Shown: one piece after another, positions 1 through 9,991 of the stretch
How the letters are laid out: each line of letters opens with the position of its first letter
How positions within the stretch are numbered: the first letter of the stretch is position 1
Source of the DNA: an uncultured virus (IMG/VR IMGVR_UViG_3300044732_003010)
Taxonomy: Duplodnaviria; Heunggongvirae; Uroviricota; Caudoviricetes
DNA length: 64,000 nt
IMG/VR virus record: IMGVR_UViG_3300044732_003010
Span: 1-64,000 of that record
Reading direction: 5' to 3' (one strand)
Program-made: the position numbers and the translations under genes
The notes under the pieces: model-generated
The model's database searches: none
Told to the model about the DNA's origin: nothing
The model's input: only the letters and a program-made list of their open reading frames with translations

Positions 1-62
1 GAGTTTCCTTCCTCTTATAGATTTAGCGACCCTAGCAACCTTCCTTTTTAGGAGTAAAAACA

Positions 63-1070
63 ATGCCTATAAAATCTTTGACAACAAGACAAGCCCGGTT
101 CCTTAGACTGGGTATAATTCGCAAAGGGGGAGAAAAAAAAGAAAACCCTAAAAGACCTGGCACTCTAATAAGCGGAGATGATTTAGAATATTTTCGCATT
201 GATTCTGATATTCAAGGAATCAACGAAAAATTTACCGCTATTTACGGGAAAGAGCCTAAGCAATTAGATTGCTTGTTACCTTTTCCTTATACAGACCAAG
301 TATTTCCTTGTTGGATGGAACAGTGGAATGATAAAGATTTAAAAACCTCTGGGTTAATGATTCGGTGCGACGAGGAAAAGCAACATATCTACCAACAAGC
401 TGGCAAAATGATTGCCACTAATCCTATCCCGTGCAAACGACAACAAAATCCTGACGGAAGTTATTCAGGGTGTAAATGCAAGCAAGTTGGGCGATTGCAG
501 ATTGTTTTACCTAAATTAGGTGAACTAGGATACTTTGAAGTCGAAACCCATTCAAAGTGGGATATTATCGGACTAACAGAGCAACTACTAGCTATTGAAA
601 CATCGGCTGGTAGTTTGATTGGTATCCCTTTTCTATTAGAACGCGGGTCAAGAGAGCTATCTTATCCCTTACCAGACGGAAAAAGGGGACGAAAGACTTT
701 TAGTCTTTTATCAATCCGTGTTCACCCTAATAGTGCTTCTCAAGTATTGCAAATAATCGAAACAAAAGCTTTTCAGCGATTTACGGGAAATGTAGAACCT
801 GTCAGAACTCTAACTCCTGCGTCAACGGGAAACGTAAAAATGTTCAACCCTTCGCAATCACTATCGGAAGATCGCAAGCAGGCTGGAATTACTTGGGCTG
901 TAAATCAAGGATTACCTCAACCAGAAGCTTTGCAAATCGCCCAACAAGCAACCTCTGAAAAAGAATTGGCCGACCTCCTGAAAAAAGCTATAGACGCAAG
1001 GCAAAAGCCAGTAATAGAAGTTCGCAGTGAAAATATTGATCCTGGTGAACTTCTCAGTGAAGATTTTTAA
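63..1070 (+). CDS. Phage Gp3-like (recombination directionality factor-like) protein
   Basis: N-terminal MPIKxL...RLGIIRKG, central Cys motifs (RCD, CKCKQVGRL) and FEVETHS resemble this phage family; AGGAG RBS upstream. Confidence 0.6.
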   Translation: MPIKSLTTRQARFLRLGIIRKGGEKKENPKRPGTLISGDDLEYFRIDSDIQGINEKFTAIYGKEPKQLDCLLPFPYTDQVFPCWMEQWNDKDLKTSGLMIRCDEEKQHIYQQAGKMIATNPIPCKRQQNPDGSYSGCKCKQVGRLQIVLPKLGELGYFEVETHSKWDIIGLTEQLLAIETSAGSLIGIPFLLERGSRELSYPLPDGKRGRKTFSLLSIRVHPNSASQVLQIIETKAFQRFTGNVEPVRTLTPASTGNVKMFNPSQSLSEDRKQAGITWAVNQGLPQPEALQIAQQATSEKELADLLKKAIDARQKPVIEVRSENIDPGELLSEDF

Positions 1071-1160
1071 TTAGTTGCCAGTTGTCAGTCGTCAGTTATC
1101 AGCAACCTATAAAAACTTGAAAAGCTAAAAAATCCAAAAATGGAAATTAAGGAGTATTAA

Positions 1161-1580
1161 ATGAATCTGAATCTCTTAAGTCGTGATTGGTGGGATGAAC
1201 TGACTTTCCAGCAAATACAAGAAATCTTGGTTGAAAGCAGCAAAAACCAATGGAAAGTTTTAAGTACAGGGCAAGTCGAAAGTATTTGCTTACATGGATT
1301 GGTAGCTAACCTAGTTTTTAGTGTAGGTATTGATCAAGTACAGCAATTAAGGGCAGATTTTGAGATTACTTGCGATTCTGGCAAGACTAAAAAAGTAATC
1401 AAAATTAATTTAACATTTGTAGAATTGAAATCTACAAACTTGCTATTTGAAACATTAACAAGTTTATCGGAATCAAATAATCCGTATATATGGATTAAAG
1501 GTAAGGCGATTAATTCTCCAGAAATTACGATTCTTGTTAACGAATGGGGAAAACGCTATGAAGACCTAAAAATGTCTTAA
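1161..1580 (+). CDS. Hypothetical protein
   Basis: 139-aa ORF with AAGGAG RBS in a co-directional gene run. Confidence 0.6.
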   Translation: MNLNLLSRDWWDELTFQQIQEILVESSKNQWKVLSTGQVESICLHGLVANLVFSVGIDQVQQLRADFEITCDSGKTKKVIKINLTFVELKSTNLLFETLTSLSESNNPYIWIKGKAINSPEITILVNEWGKRYEDLKMS

Positions 1581-1598
1581 AAGTAAAAACTAGCACAA

Positions 1599-2015
1599 TT
1601 GGGGAGTAAAACAGTGAACATCAACTCGCATCTCAAAGAGCAGCTGTATAAGCTTATGATTAGAAATAAATATCTCGAATTACCTCTTGACTCAAAAAAT
1701 TGGATTGATAATTTATTAAAAAAATCTCAAACTAGCCAAATAACTAACAAGATATTAATCTGGTGGTGGGAAGGGGATATACAAAAAGGATACATCTATC
1801 TGTACTTATTCGATGGTAAATGGAATCTCTCTTTTATTAATCGGTTTAAATTTTGGGTTATAACTATTCTTATGCCTATATGTACAGGAGTTACTATTCC
1901 TTCTCCTCTTAAAAAAGATTTTGATCTTTTCAGAGAAGCTTTAACACTAGCGTCGATTTTTCTAGCAGAAAAAAGCTGGTATAAAGAAATAACCGACAAT
2001 ACAACTAAGGAGTAA
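1599..2015 (+). CDS. Hypothetical protein, paralogue family A
   Basis: TGVTIPSPLKKDFDLF..AL.LAS.FL motif shared with 2020..2436 and 53578..53961; true start probably the GTG at 1614. Confidence 0.65.
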   Translation: MGSKTVNINSHLKEQLYKLMIRNKYLELPLDSKNWIDNLLKKSQTSQITNKILIWWWEGDIQKGYIYLYLFDGKWNLSFINRFKFWVITILMPICTGVTIPSPLKKDFDLFREALTLASIFLAEKSWYKEITDNTTKE

Positions 2016-2019
2016 AAAA

Positions 2020-2436
2020 ATGAAAAACCTGACCTATCGAGTGCTAATCAACTTAAGCTACGCTGAGTTGCCAACAGAAGCCAAGCAATATGTCGATCGC
2101 TTAGTTCTTAAAACATCAAAAAACCCCTTTACATCAAAACTACTAGAAGGAGTTTATGAAAGCGTAATCAAAGCAGATGACAATGATATAGAATGTCTTT
2201 TAAGCAGTGCATTTATTGACGCTGATTCAGATAGGAAAGTAGGATGTTTTTGGCGTTTTAAAGCTGCTATATTCCAGTTTATCTTTTCGATTTTAACAGG
2301 TGTAGCAATACCTAATCTTTTCAAGAAAAACTATTGTCTTTTTCTACAATCTCTTGTTATAGCTAGTTACCTTGTAGAGGAGGGTTATGTCATTCTCCCA
2401 TTGTTTGGGACTACGAATAAAGCAAGAAACAACTAA
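2020..2436 (+). CDS. Hypothetical protein, paralogue family A
   Basis: LPTEAKQYVDRLV and TGVAIPNLFKKNYCLF motifs shared with 53578..53961; AAGGAG RBS. Confidence 0.7.
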   Translation: MKNLTYRVLINLSYAELPTEAKQYVDRLVLKTSKNPFTSKLLEGVYESVIKADDNDIECLLSSAFIDADSDRKVGCFWRFKAAIFQFIFSILTGVAIPNLFKKNYCLFLQSLVIASYLVEEGYVILPLFGTTNKARNN

Positions 2437-2463
2437 AAATAATCACAACTGAGGAGTAACAAA

Positions 2464-3525
2464 ATGAGCACAAAATCAAGAGACAAAATCAGAACTTATG
2501 GGTCTGCAAGAGGAGAGTTAATAGTAGTCGATCCCCAGCTAATTTCTTTTAGATTAGCTAACGGCGACTTTATCGGACCAAGAATAGGTCTTTATGACGA
2601 CGGCAAAATGCACGTCTTGCCTGATGAAACTCTTTTAACCTTTAGCCTCGATTTAATCGAGGCTATCGCAGGGGAAAACGGATGGAATACCCGCGTTACC
2701 TACGACTTGGAGTTGATTAAAGAACTAGCCGATAAGATACTGGCATCGGGCGTAATCTATCAACCTTTACACTTGATTGCAGACGGTGATCGACTGTTTC
2801 CTATGGACGGGCATCGAAGGGTATTAGCTTGGTTGCTTTTAGCCTCTCAAGGAATAATAATTCCTAACGTTCTAGCAATTATTAAGCCTTTGTCAGGCGG
2901 GCTAACCGTCCGGGACTTAGAGTATCAAATGCTCTCTTACGGCACTGATAGCGAAAAACTATCGGTGTACGACAAAGCGAAACTGATCAGACGGCATTTA
3001 CACGAGGATAGATTAGCTGGTTTAACTGAAGAACAGTCCTACCAACAGTTTTGCGAAAAAACTGGATGGAAAAAATCAGAATATGATCGGACTCTAGAAA
3101 TTTCTTCGATGTCTAGTCCGACATTAAAAGCAATCGAAGGTAAAGTATCGGAGACGACTTTACACAATCTTGTAAGGAAAAATGAACTAACACTCTCGGA
3201 GAAAGAAAATGTTCTTTTAGAGACTGTAGCTATAGCGGAAGAAAAAGGGATAAAAGCCACTGGAGAATTAGTTCAATCTGTAGCAGCTAACCTTATAGAG
3301 TCTAAAAATCCAACCTTTTTGGACTCCAATGGAACCGTAAAACCCAGTGACGAATTAGAGCCAAAACCCATTAAACTTACTCCGAAAGCTAAAGAAGTTA
3401 AATATCTATTAATGACTTTAGCAACCGAAGGAAATGCAAAACAAACAGACGATGATACAATGACCGTAGATTTTCCTGTAACTCTTTGGGAAAAACTTAT
3501 TGATTTTGTAGAGAGATTAAGTTAG
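2464..3525 (+). CDS. ParB/Srx N-terminal domain protein
   Basis: LADKILASGVIYQPL...MDGHRR ParB box motif followed by a helical HTH-like region. Confidence 0.75.
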   Translation: MSTKSRDKIRTYGSARGELIVVDPQLISFRLANGDFIGPRIGLYDDGKMHVLPDETLLTFSLDLIEAIAGENGWNTRVTYDLELIKELADKILASGVIYQPLHLIADGDRLFPMDGHRRVLAWLLLASQGIIIPNVLAIIKPLSGGLTVRDLEYQMLSYGTDSEKLSVYDKAKLIRRHLHEDRLAGLTEEQSYQQFCEKTGWKKSEYDRTLEISSMSSPTLKAIEGKVSETTLHNLVRKNELTLSEKENVLLETVAIAEEKGIKATGELVQSVAANLIESKNPTFLDSNGTVKPSDELEPKPIKLTPKAKEVKYLLMTLATEGNAKQTDDDTMTVDFPVTLWEKLIDFVERLS

Positions 3526-3577
3526 GATTAGTTGTCAGTTATCAGTAAAAAATTGCTAAATAAATTAAAAGAACCCG

Positions 3578-3874
3578 ATGATCCAATATCACGAACGCAC
3601 ACAAACTCAAATTAGACTGCTATCCCAAAAATTAGCAGATACAGTTGGTAGAGAAATATTTGCTTCTTTAGAAAGAGGAGATCAAGAAGATATTTTTGAG
3701 CAAATGCTTACAAGCCTCTACTATTCCTATAAATTTAATAGGCACATGACAAGCTGGTGTGGAACTGCATTCCAAGCGATTGAAACCCTGCTATCTAAAC
3801 TGGAAAAAAACAATGAACCAAAAAAATGCACTCAACCCCGAAATTCTACTGATGGCCACAAAACTAGCAGATAA
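3578..3874 (+). CDS. Hypothetical protein, paralogue family B
   Basis: KLAD.V...FEQML...AIETLLSKL shared with the next two ORFs. Confidence 0.6.
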   Translation: MIQYHERTQTQIRLLSQKLADTVGREIFASLERGDQEDIFEQMLTSLYYSYKFNRHMTSWCGTAFQAIETLLSKLEKNNEPKKCTQPRNSTDGHKTSR

Positions 3875-4031
3875 AGTCCACGATATTTTTCCCTTTTCTA
3901 GCAAAGAAGAAAAAACAGTCTTTTTTGAACTAATGCTTTTAGATTTGTCGCTTTTAGCTTCTCAAGACGGATGTGTAGCGGCAGGGAATGCGCTAAAGAC
4001 AATTGAAACTTTACTATCTAAGTTAGATTAG
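3813..4031 (+). CDS. Hypothetical protein, paralogue family B
   Basis: ATG at 3813; KLADKV...FELML...ALKTIETLLSKL. Confidence 0.6.
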   Translation: MNQKNALNPEILLMATKLADKVHDIFPFSSKEEKTVFFELMLLDLSLLASQDGCVAAGNALKTIETLLSKLD

Positions 4032-4086
4032 TTTAAAATTAGCTATCAGTTATCAACTAAAAATCAAAACAATTAGGAGTAAAACA

Positions 4087-4356
4087 ATGACAAAGCCACT
4101 AATATTAAATGAGCCAGCCTCTTTTCAGCTTCAAGAAATGATCGAAAAATTATTAGAGCTAGAAGATGCTAATGGCTTCAATAAAGGGGAACAAGCTATT
4201 CTCTATGAACAAATGCTCGATAAATTAGTGTCTTTAGACTGTGTAGAAGCAAGATGCGCATTAGAAACGATTAAAGTTTTATTAATTGAGATAGGGCGCA
4301 TTACAGTTGATATACAAATTCTTAGTTATCAGTTATCATATGTAAGTGATCAATAA
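4087..4356 (+). CDS. Hypothetical protein, paralogue family B
   Basis: YEQMLDKL...ALETIKVLL; AGGAG RBS. Confidence 0.6.
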   Translation: MTKPLILNEPASFQLQEMIEKLLELEDANGFNKGEQAILYEQMLDKLVSLDCVEARCALETIKVLLIEIGRITVDIQILSYQLSYVSDQ

Positions 4357-4388
4357 TTAGTTAAAAAATCAAAACAATTAGGAGTATT

Positions 4389-4748
4389 ATGTCTTTTTTC
4401 GTCTCTTCAGATTGTCCTGCTCGTGAAACAGAGTGGCCTTGCCCTGACCCTGTACAACTGAGTCCAGAAAAAATAGAACAAGAAAAAAAACAGGCAGAAA
4501 AAAAGATTTTTAGAAGTGTTCATTCAAAAAGAATACTTGGGAGTCTAGAAAAAATTGAAATAGTTTACGGATATACAGTTTATGTATTTTCTGATGGCAG
4601 CCGATGGAACTTAAAGGATTATTATAGACATTTAGAAAGTATTCCCCTTTACGGTCCGTACTTAAGTGACTATGGAATTAACCGAAAAGATAAAGAAGGA
4701 TTTACTCCAGTTAGAACATATCAAGCAACAAATGATATGTTTCAATAA
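4389..4748 (+). CDS. Hypothetical protein, similar to 53990..54250
   Basis: SLEKIE...IPLYGPYLSD versus SVEKIE...VPTYGPYVND; AGGAG RBS. Confidence 0.6.
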   Translation: MSFFVSSDCPARETEWPCPDPVQLSPEKIEQEKKQAEKKIFRSVHSKRILGSLEKIEIVYGYTVYVFSDGSRWNLKDYYRHLESIPLYGPYLSDYGINRKDKEGFTPVRTYQATNDMFQ

Positions 4749-4757
4749 ATCTCAAAT

Positions 4758-4787
4758 AAAGAACAGAGGGTTAACCCTCTGTTCTTT
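4758..4787. terminator. Bidirectional intrinsic terminator (30-bp perfect palindrome)
   Basis: AAAGAACAGAGGGTTAACCCTCTGTTCTTT between convergent genes, with A/T tails on both sides. Confidence 0.7.
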
Positions 4788-4792
4788 TTCTG

Positions 4793-5398
4793 TTATGCTC
4801 CGATTAGTTTCTCCTGTAAATATTGGTAAACCTCTTTCTGTAAATCTTTTGGGGCAGAACACAGAAAAGCTTTCACATCTTCTAGATCGATCTCTTTAAT
4901 CATCTTCTGTAACTCATCTAGCTTTGAGTAAAGAGACTTAACTTCTTCAATTACAAGCTTTGCTTTAACTTGAGTATCAGCTTCCTGAAAAAGTTCGGGA
5001 ACTAAATTAGGATTTTTAACACAATCCTTTTTTTGATTGATTGGATCTTTTAGAAAATCCTGAATTGTTGGCCAGTCGCCATTAAGATAATTCACAAAAG
5101 AATCTGTATCAAGACCAAATACAGCAGCTAGTAATCGCATATTCCCTAGATCAGGGCAACTAGCGATATTTTTTAGCTCCCAGTTTTGAACCGCTCCCCC
5201 AGAAAATTCTGTGCCAGGTAATCCCAATCGCCGGCCTTCTTTTAGTATCCACTCAGTAAATTCGGCTTGGGTCATGCCTAGCCCCATCCTTTTTGCCTTA
5301 ATAGTATCGGACATTTTGCTTATCCCTTTTTCTGTCAAAGCCGAGGCTTTTACTCGTTTGCGGGGCGTTCCGTCGCTATTGAATCGTGGTGTAGCCAT
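4793..5398 (-). CDS. XRE-family HTH repressor (CI-like)
   Basis: IKAKRMGLGMTQAEF...AVQNWE...PDLGNMRLLAAVFG XRE pattern; divergent from a small RHH gene and upstream of the primase. Confidence 0.8.
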   Translation of the reverse strand: MATPRFNSDGTPRKRVKASALTEKGISKMSDTIKAKRMGLGMTQAEFTEWILKEGRRLGLPGTEFSGGAVQNWELKNIASCPDLGNMRLLAAVFGLDTDSFVNYLNGDWPTIQDFLKDPINQKKDCVKNPNLVPELFQEADTQVKAKLVIEEVKSLYSKLDELQKMIKEIDLEDVKAFLCSAPKDLQKEVYQYLQEKLIGA

Positions 5399-5515
5399 AA
5401 AAGTGTATTTTGATAAGATACCCTTATCTTACACTACCTTGCAAAAAACTTACAAAAAACTTACAAGCAATCTCGACTTTTATGATACAATATAGAAAAT
5501 TCTGTAAATTAAGCC
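5399..5515. promoter_or_regulatory. Divergent promoter/operator region of a putative lysis-lysogeny switch
   Basis: Repeated CTTACA/CTTGCA units, TGnTACAAT extended -10; CTTACACTAC (~5428) is mirrored by GTAGTGTAAG (~5762). Confidence 0.5.
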
Positions 5516-5740
5516 ATGTCTGCCAATCAAGATGCTCCAATAAAAGTTGTGTCAATCCGGGTTAAAAAAGAGCTATGGGCTGAGATGTGTCAAAGGTCAG
5601 AAGCTTTAGGCTTAAAAACCCAAGAGGCAATTGAAATTGCACTAAAGTCCTACCTTTCTATCCCCATTGATGCCGAACTCAGTGCCAGAAAAGAGGGCGA
5701 AAATGCCTTTTACAACTCTTTGCATAAATCTAAAACCTAA
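5516..5740 (+). CDS. Ribbon-helix-helix DNA-binding protein (Cro-like position)
   Basis: VVSIRVKKELWAEM...GLKTQEAIEIALKSYL RHH pattern. Confidence 0.7.
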   Translation: MSANQDAPIKVVSIRVKKELWAEMCQRSEALGLKTQEAIEIALKSYLSIPIDAELSARKEGENAFYNSLHKSKT

Positions 5741-5913
5741 GCGTAGCAAGGATTTACAGGTGTAGTGTAAGTGTAGTATTTACCGATCAAGAAAATTCTG
5801 CTAGGATAGTAAATACCTTGATTTGTTCTAATCCACCTTATCCCCCCAACAAAAAACCCGCTCGGAGGCGGGTCGTGTAAACAACACACTTTTCTTTTAT
5901 TTCAATAACATTT

Positions 5914-8796
5914 ATGGTAACACAATCCTCGAACCGTGTCAAGATCGATAAAAACAATCCTTGCCCCCACTGTGGTAAGCCTGATTGGTGCTATATGTAC
6001 ACATCTGAAGACGGCAATTTACTCTCGGTCTGCAACCGAGATCACGAACCTGCACCGGGATGGGAAAAATCTTCTAAATTAGATGGTCAGGGCAAGCCAA
6101 TCTACTATTTTAAGAAAGAAGTCAAGTTTTCCGACTACAAAACAGAAAAAACTCAATACTTCGTTTATCCTCCTCTTGCCAACGGATTGAAAATCCGTGT
6201 GTACCGGAAAGACTATCAAGAAGATGGTATTTGGAAAAAGGATATTAAACAGCAGCACTCTACAGACAATGGCAAAAACTGGAAGTGGGGCATAGATGAT
6301 ATTGAGTACAAAGATATACCTCTTTATCGTCAAGACCGCCTAGAAAAGGCTATTAAAGAAGGGACTCAGATATTTGTAGTAGAAGGCGAGACTAAGGTAG
6401 AGAAACTAGAATCTCTAGGATTAGTTGCCACTTGTAATATAGGCGGATCAAAAAAATGGCAACCGTCCCACACAGAAGCTTTAAAGGGAGCAAATCTGAT
6501 TTTATGCCCTGATCGCGACAAAGGGGGAGTGGCTCACTGCCAGAAAATTTATCAAGATTTCCCCGATGCAAAATGGCTTTATGCCTATCCAGATTCCCCT
6601 TTGTGGAATCATTTACCAGATTCTCAAGGGGTAGATATTCTTAATTGGATTGAAGAAAAGAAGGTAACTCTCGATACATTGTTAACTTCGATAGTTGATA
6701 AACCAAAAGAAATAAAAGAGAGCAAAGAAAAAGAAGTCACAGTAACAGAAACGATGACTTTTCAAGACCTAATAACAGCTATTGACGGCTGTATTGGACA
6801 GGAAGAAATCACCCGAACTCAGTGGCAAGAAAAAGTCGATCTGTGGGCAAAAGCCACTGGTAGGAAACCATCAGACATACGACATTTAATTGAAATCCGT
6901 AAAACAGAAATAGCAGAAGGGGATGCTATCAAATCAGGATTAGAAGGGTTCCTGAAAGGTAAGCATTATCAGCAGAAAGAGATTGATCTTTTTGAGATAC
7001 TTCCGAAACCTTTAGCCGAAGCGATTATAAGCCGTGCCAAGACATTAAATCAACCCCCAATCAGATTACTGCATTCTTTATGGCCAATACTAGGAGCTAT
7101 TTTAGGAAGTCGGTTTGCAATTAACCTCCGAACTACTGTAAGAGAAAGGGAATGCTGGAAGGAATACCCGATATTCTATTGTGCAGATTTAGGCGGGGTT
7201 TCTACTGGAAAAACCCTCACTCAAAACGAAGTTTGTCGGGTTTTGAAAAGAAAAGATTTAGCCGAGCAGAAAAGAGTTACTAAGGAACAATCCACCCTAG
7301 ACGATCTAAAAGCTGCGTGGCAAGAGATGTCAGCATCAGATCGCAAGGCAAACAAAGCAAACGCTGAAATCAACCCTCGTCTTTATGAGAAAGAACATTG
7401 TCAGGCACGTCGGTGGTTTTACGACGAAGGCACTCTTGATGGCATCCTAAAAACGATGTCCTCGCAACCTTCTTGGCAAGGTGGGGTAGTCGTCTATGAC
7501 GAATTATCGGGATTTTTTGAGGGATTAAATCAGTACCGATCAGGTGGTAAAGGGAATGATCGGCAACGAGATTTAAGCAACTGGAATGGCCCTATTCGAA
7601 ATACTTTTGACCGTGTAAACAAAGACAATCGATACTATTTAGATGGGCAAACACTTAATAAATTAGGTGGGATACAAGTCGAGAAGCTCAGGAAATATCT
7701 TGATTTATCTAATGATGTCGATGGGGCAGTTTCTCGGTATCTTTTCTTGCTACACGAACCCCTTGATCCTCGTCCTGGTAAGCCGCCAGAAGACCCTAAT
7801 TCTATCGATGAGTGTATCGAAAATATTATCAATCAAATCAGTGGAATTAGCCTAGAAGCTGATGAAAATGGGATTATCGATCCTTATAATTGCTGGTTTA
7901 GCGAAATCGGAGAAAGTTATGCCTGGGGTATCAAGTACCATTACGAGATACTTATTAAGAAGTATCGAGCGATTAATCCATCGTTTGCTTCCTATCTAGG
8001 AAAGCAAATGAAGACCTTTTTAAGGCTTACATTAAGCATCCATCTTCTCAATTGGATATTTGATCCAGATAATACTAATCTTTACAGTATTCCTGTACAA
8101 ACAGCCATTAAAGCTGCTAAGATGACCGACTTCTATATCAGTCAATTCTTGACAATTCAAGGAGTTACATCTCACGACGAGAATCCAGTACAGGGAATTT
8201 TATCCGAAATCTGGGAGATCGTTAAAAGCGCAGGTCAAATCAAGCCCCGGGACGTTGCCCAAAAATTCGGCGGGCGTAAAATTAATGGGGAAAAAGTAAA
8301 TACATCTATCGCCCGTACCCTACTTACTCAGCTAGAGCAAGCTGGCTATGGACGACTAGAGGTCAAATCAAGGGGTATGATACTGCACTATCAAGAGCCA
8401 AAAGAATTAGAAACTTTTGAGATAGAAGATGAATCCCTAGAATACCAATCAGAGATAAAAGAAGAAATTGTCCAGGCTCCCACTCCCACACCAAAACCCG
8501 AACCAGTTTCTGACACTGAGATAGTAGAAGTTGAATCAGGGCCAGTCGATGAGTTATCGGCCGATGGTGTCCATATCGATAGCCTCCCTGATCTTGAAAA
8601 AGAAACCGTATTAATACGAACGGCTGCATCTGTAGAGATAGGGGAGCGAATTATCCCACCGAGAGCAGTCGGGAAAGTTACAGAAGTAACTTTTGATAAT
8701 CAATGGCTTTTGAGGGTAGAAACTGTTTTAAATGGGTCTGTAATTACTTTTACAATTCCATTTTCTGATTGCTATTTGCAGGATATAAGCACCTGA
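5914..8796 (+). CDS. Primase-helicase replication protein (Zn-binding + Toprim + DUF3987-like NTPase)
   Basis: CPHCGKPDWC zinc motif; VVEGE...PDRD Toprim; GGVSTGKT and VVYDELSG NTPase motifs. Confidence 0.85.
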   Translation: MVTQSSNRVKIDKNNPCPHCGKPDWCYMYTSEDGNLLSVCNRDHEPAPGWEKSSKLDGQGKPIYYFKKEVKFSDYKTEKTQYFVYPPLANGLKIRVYRKDYQEDGIWKKDIKQQHSTDNGKNWKWGIDDIEYKDIPLYRQDRLEKAIKEGTQIFVVEGETKVEKLESLGLVATCNIGGSKKWQPSHTEALKGANLILCPDRDKGGVAHCQKIYQDFPDAKWLYAYPDSPLWNHLPDSQGVDILNWIEEKKVTLDTLLTSIVDKPKEIKESKEKEVTVTETMTFQDLITAIDGCIGQEEITRTQWQEKVDLWAKATGRKPSDIRHLIEIRKTEIAEGDAIKSGLEGFLKGKHYQQKEIDLFEILPKPLAEAIISRAKTLNQPPIRLLHSLWPILGAILGSRFAINLRTTVRERECWKEYPIFYCADLGGVSTGKTLTQNEVCRVLKRKDLAEQKRVTKEQSTLDDLKAAWQEMSASDRKANKANAEINPRLYEKEHCQARRWFYDEGTLDGILKTMSSQPSWQGGVVVYDELSGFFEGLNQYRSGGKGNDRQRDLSNWNGPIRNTFDRVNKDNRYYLDGQTLNKLGGIQVEKLRKYLDLSNDVDGAVSRYLFLLHEPLDPRPGKPPEDPNSIDECIENIINQISGISLEADENGIIDPYNCWFSEIGESYAWGIKYHYEILIKKYRAINPSFASYLGKQMKTFLRLTLSIHLLNWIFDPDNTNLYSIPVQTAIKAAKMTDFYISQFLTIQGVTSHDENPVQGILSEIWEIVKSAGQIKPRDVAQKFGGRKINGEKVNTSIARTLLTQLEQAGYGRLEVKSRGMILHYQEPKELETFEIEDESLEYQSEIKEEIVQAPTPTPKPEPVSDTEIVEVESGPVDELSADGVHIDSLPDLEKETVLIRTAASVEIGERIIPPRAVGKVTEVTFDNQWLLRVETVLNGSVITFTIPFSDCYLQDIST

Positions 8797-8815
8797 TAGG
8801 ATTGACAATTTTAGG

Positions 8816-9035
8816 AGTCCCTGATAGGATTGAAGTGCTAGAGTAGCTTGGTAGCTAAAGGCTGAAACGGAGCCTTCAACCGAAAAGGGACTTAATGCAA
8901 AAAATAAAGTTATTTTTTGTTTTAAAACTGAAATTTGCGAATCCACCGAACTTGGCAAAGATTGAGTGAGGGAAGGGCGTTTCGTCAGGAGTAGATTTAA
9001 TTAAGTTTTGCGGGTTCGATTCCCGTCTGGGGACT
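8816..9035 (+). ncRNA. Candidate structured ncRNA with tRNA-like T-arm at its 3' end
   Basis: GCGGG-TTCGATT-CCCGT at 9010-9026 followed by CTGGGGAC; internal hairpins; no anticodon or D arm at normal tRNA distance. Confidence 0.35.
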
Positions 9036-9239
9036 ATGATCGGACAATATATTCCTTCCCGATACCCTGAAAAGATTTATCGTGTTAATTCCTATGGTCA
9101 AATTTTCCCTCGGTGTAAACCATTGGGGATTATTAAGACTGCCATAGGAATCTACTATCACTTTGAATCAATTGATCGCCTCACAAAAGGAGAACATTTT
9201 TACTGTTTTAGAAAAGAAGATTTTCAAGAAATCTCTTGA
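9036..9239 (+). CDS. Hypothetical protein
   Basis: 67-aa ORF. Confidence 0.5.
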   Translation: MIGQYIPSRYPEKIYRVNSYGQIFPRCKPLGIIKTAIGIYYHFESIDRLTKGEHFYCFRKEDFQEIS

Positions 9240-9289
9240 CAATTCTAGCAGAATGATATAAGATTTAAGTAATCAATTAAGGGGGAATC

Positions 9290-9478
9290 ATGAAGCTTAT
9301 TGCAAATATGAGCACTGCTAAAATTAGTTATTACGCTAATTTTTATGCTGGACAATATCGAAGTTCTAAAAAAGAATCTGGAGAAAATATACAAATAAAA
9401 CGTGACGTTTTATACTCTAAAATTCGGGAGTACAACAAAGTTTTAGAACAGCGTGGACTTGAAAAAGTAAAGGTGTAA
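9290..9478 (+). CDS. Hypothetical protein
   Basis: AGGGGG RBS; TTGACA promoter-like element at ~9236. Confidence 0.55.
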   Translation: MKLIANMSTAKISYYANFYAGQYRSSKKESGENIQIKRDVLYSKIREYNKVLEQRGLEKVKV

Positions 9479-9991
9479 GTGTAAAATGACAACAAACTCA
9501 AAAAAGCGACTATATTGTGTAATTTTTTGGCTAACGATTTTGGCTTATTTAGTAATTATATCGGCTTTATCATTAGATGCGAACGAAGCCTATAAAGACT
9601 ACAAAGTTAATTTGAGCCTATTGTACGGTATTGTTTAAAAAGTAAAGGTGTGATTATGGAAAAAAAAACTAAAAAAGCATGGGCTAAATTATCAAGTCAG
9701 GATGACATTGATAAGAACAAAGGACTTATCAGAGGGACAGATGAGCAAGAGTCTGCCAAAAGATTTAAAGCGCACCTAGAAAATTGTAGAAAACACTTAA
9801 AGGATTGGAGACAATGAGATACACGATCAGGACAATAGATAGAGAAAATAAGCCTTGCAAGATTAAAGCTTCTATGCACGAAAGCCGATTAATGGCTTAT
9901 TTAGACGCTTTAAGCCGCAACGGTCATCATGGTATCGTAGTAGAGGAATCAGTAGGTATTTCTTAGTAAATTTACCCAACAGGAGTAACAC

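Noticed and set aside
4758..4787. Protelomerase target site (perfect palindrome)
   Set aside because: Sits between convergent genes with A/T tails and no protelomerase is visible; a terminator is simpler
8792..8835. CCTGATAGGATTGA twice, read as CRISPR repeat fragments
   Set aside because: Only 28 nt apart, lacks a full ATTGAAAC handle and coincides with a -35/-10 promoter
8960..9034. Complete tRNA gene
   Set aside because: T-arm only; no D arm, anticodon arm or 5' acceptor strand at the proper distance
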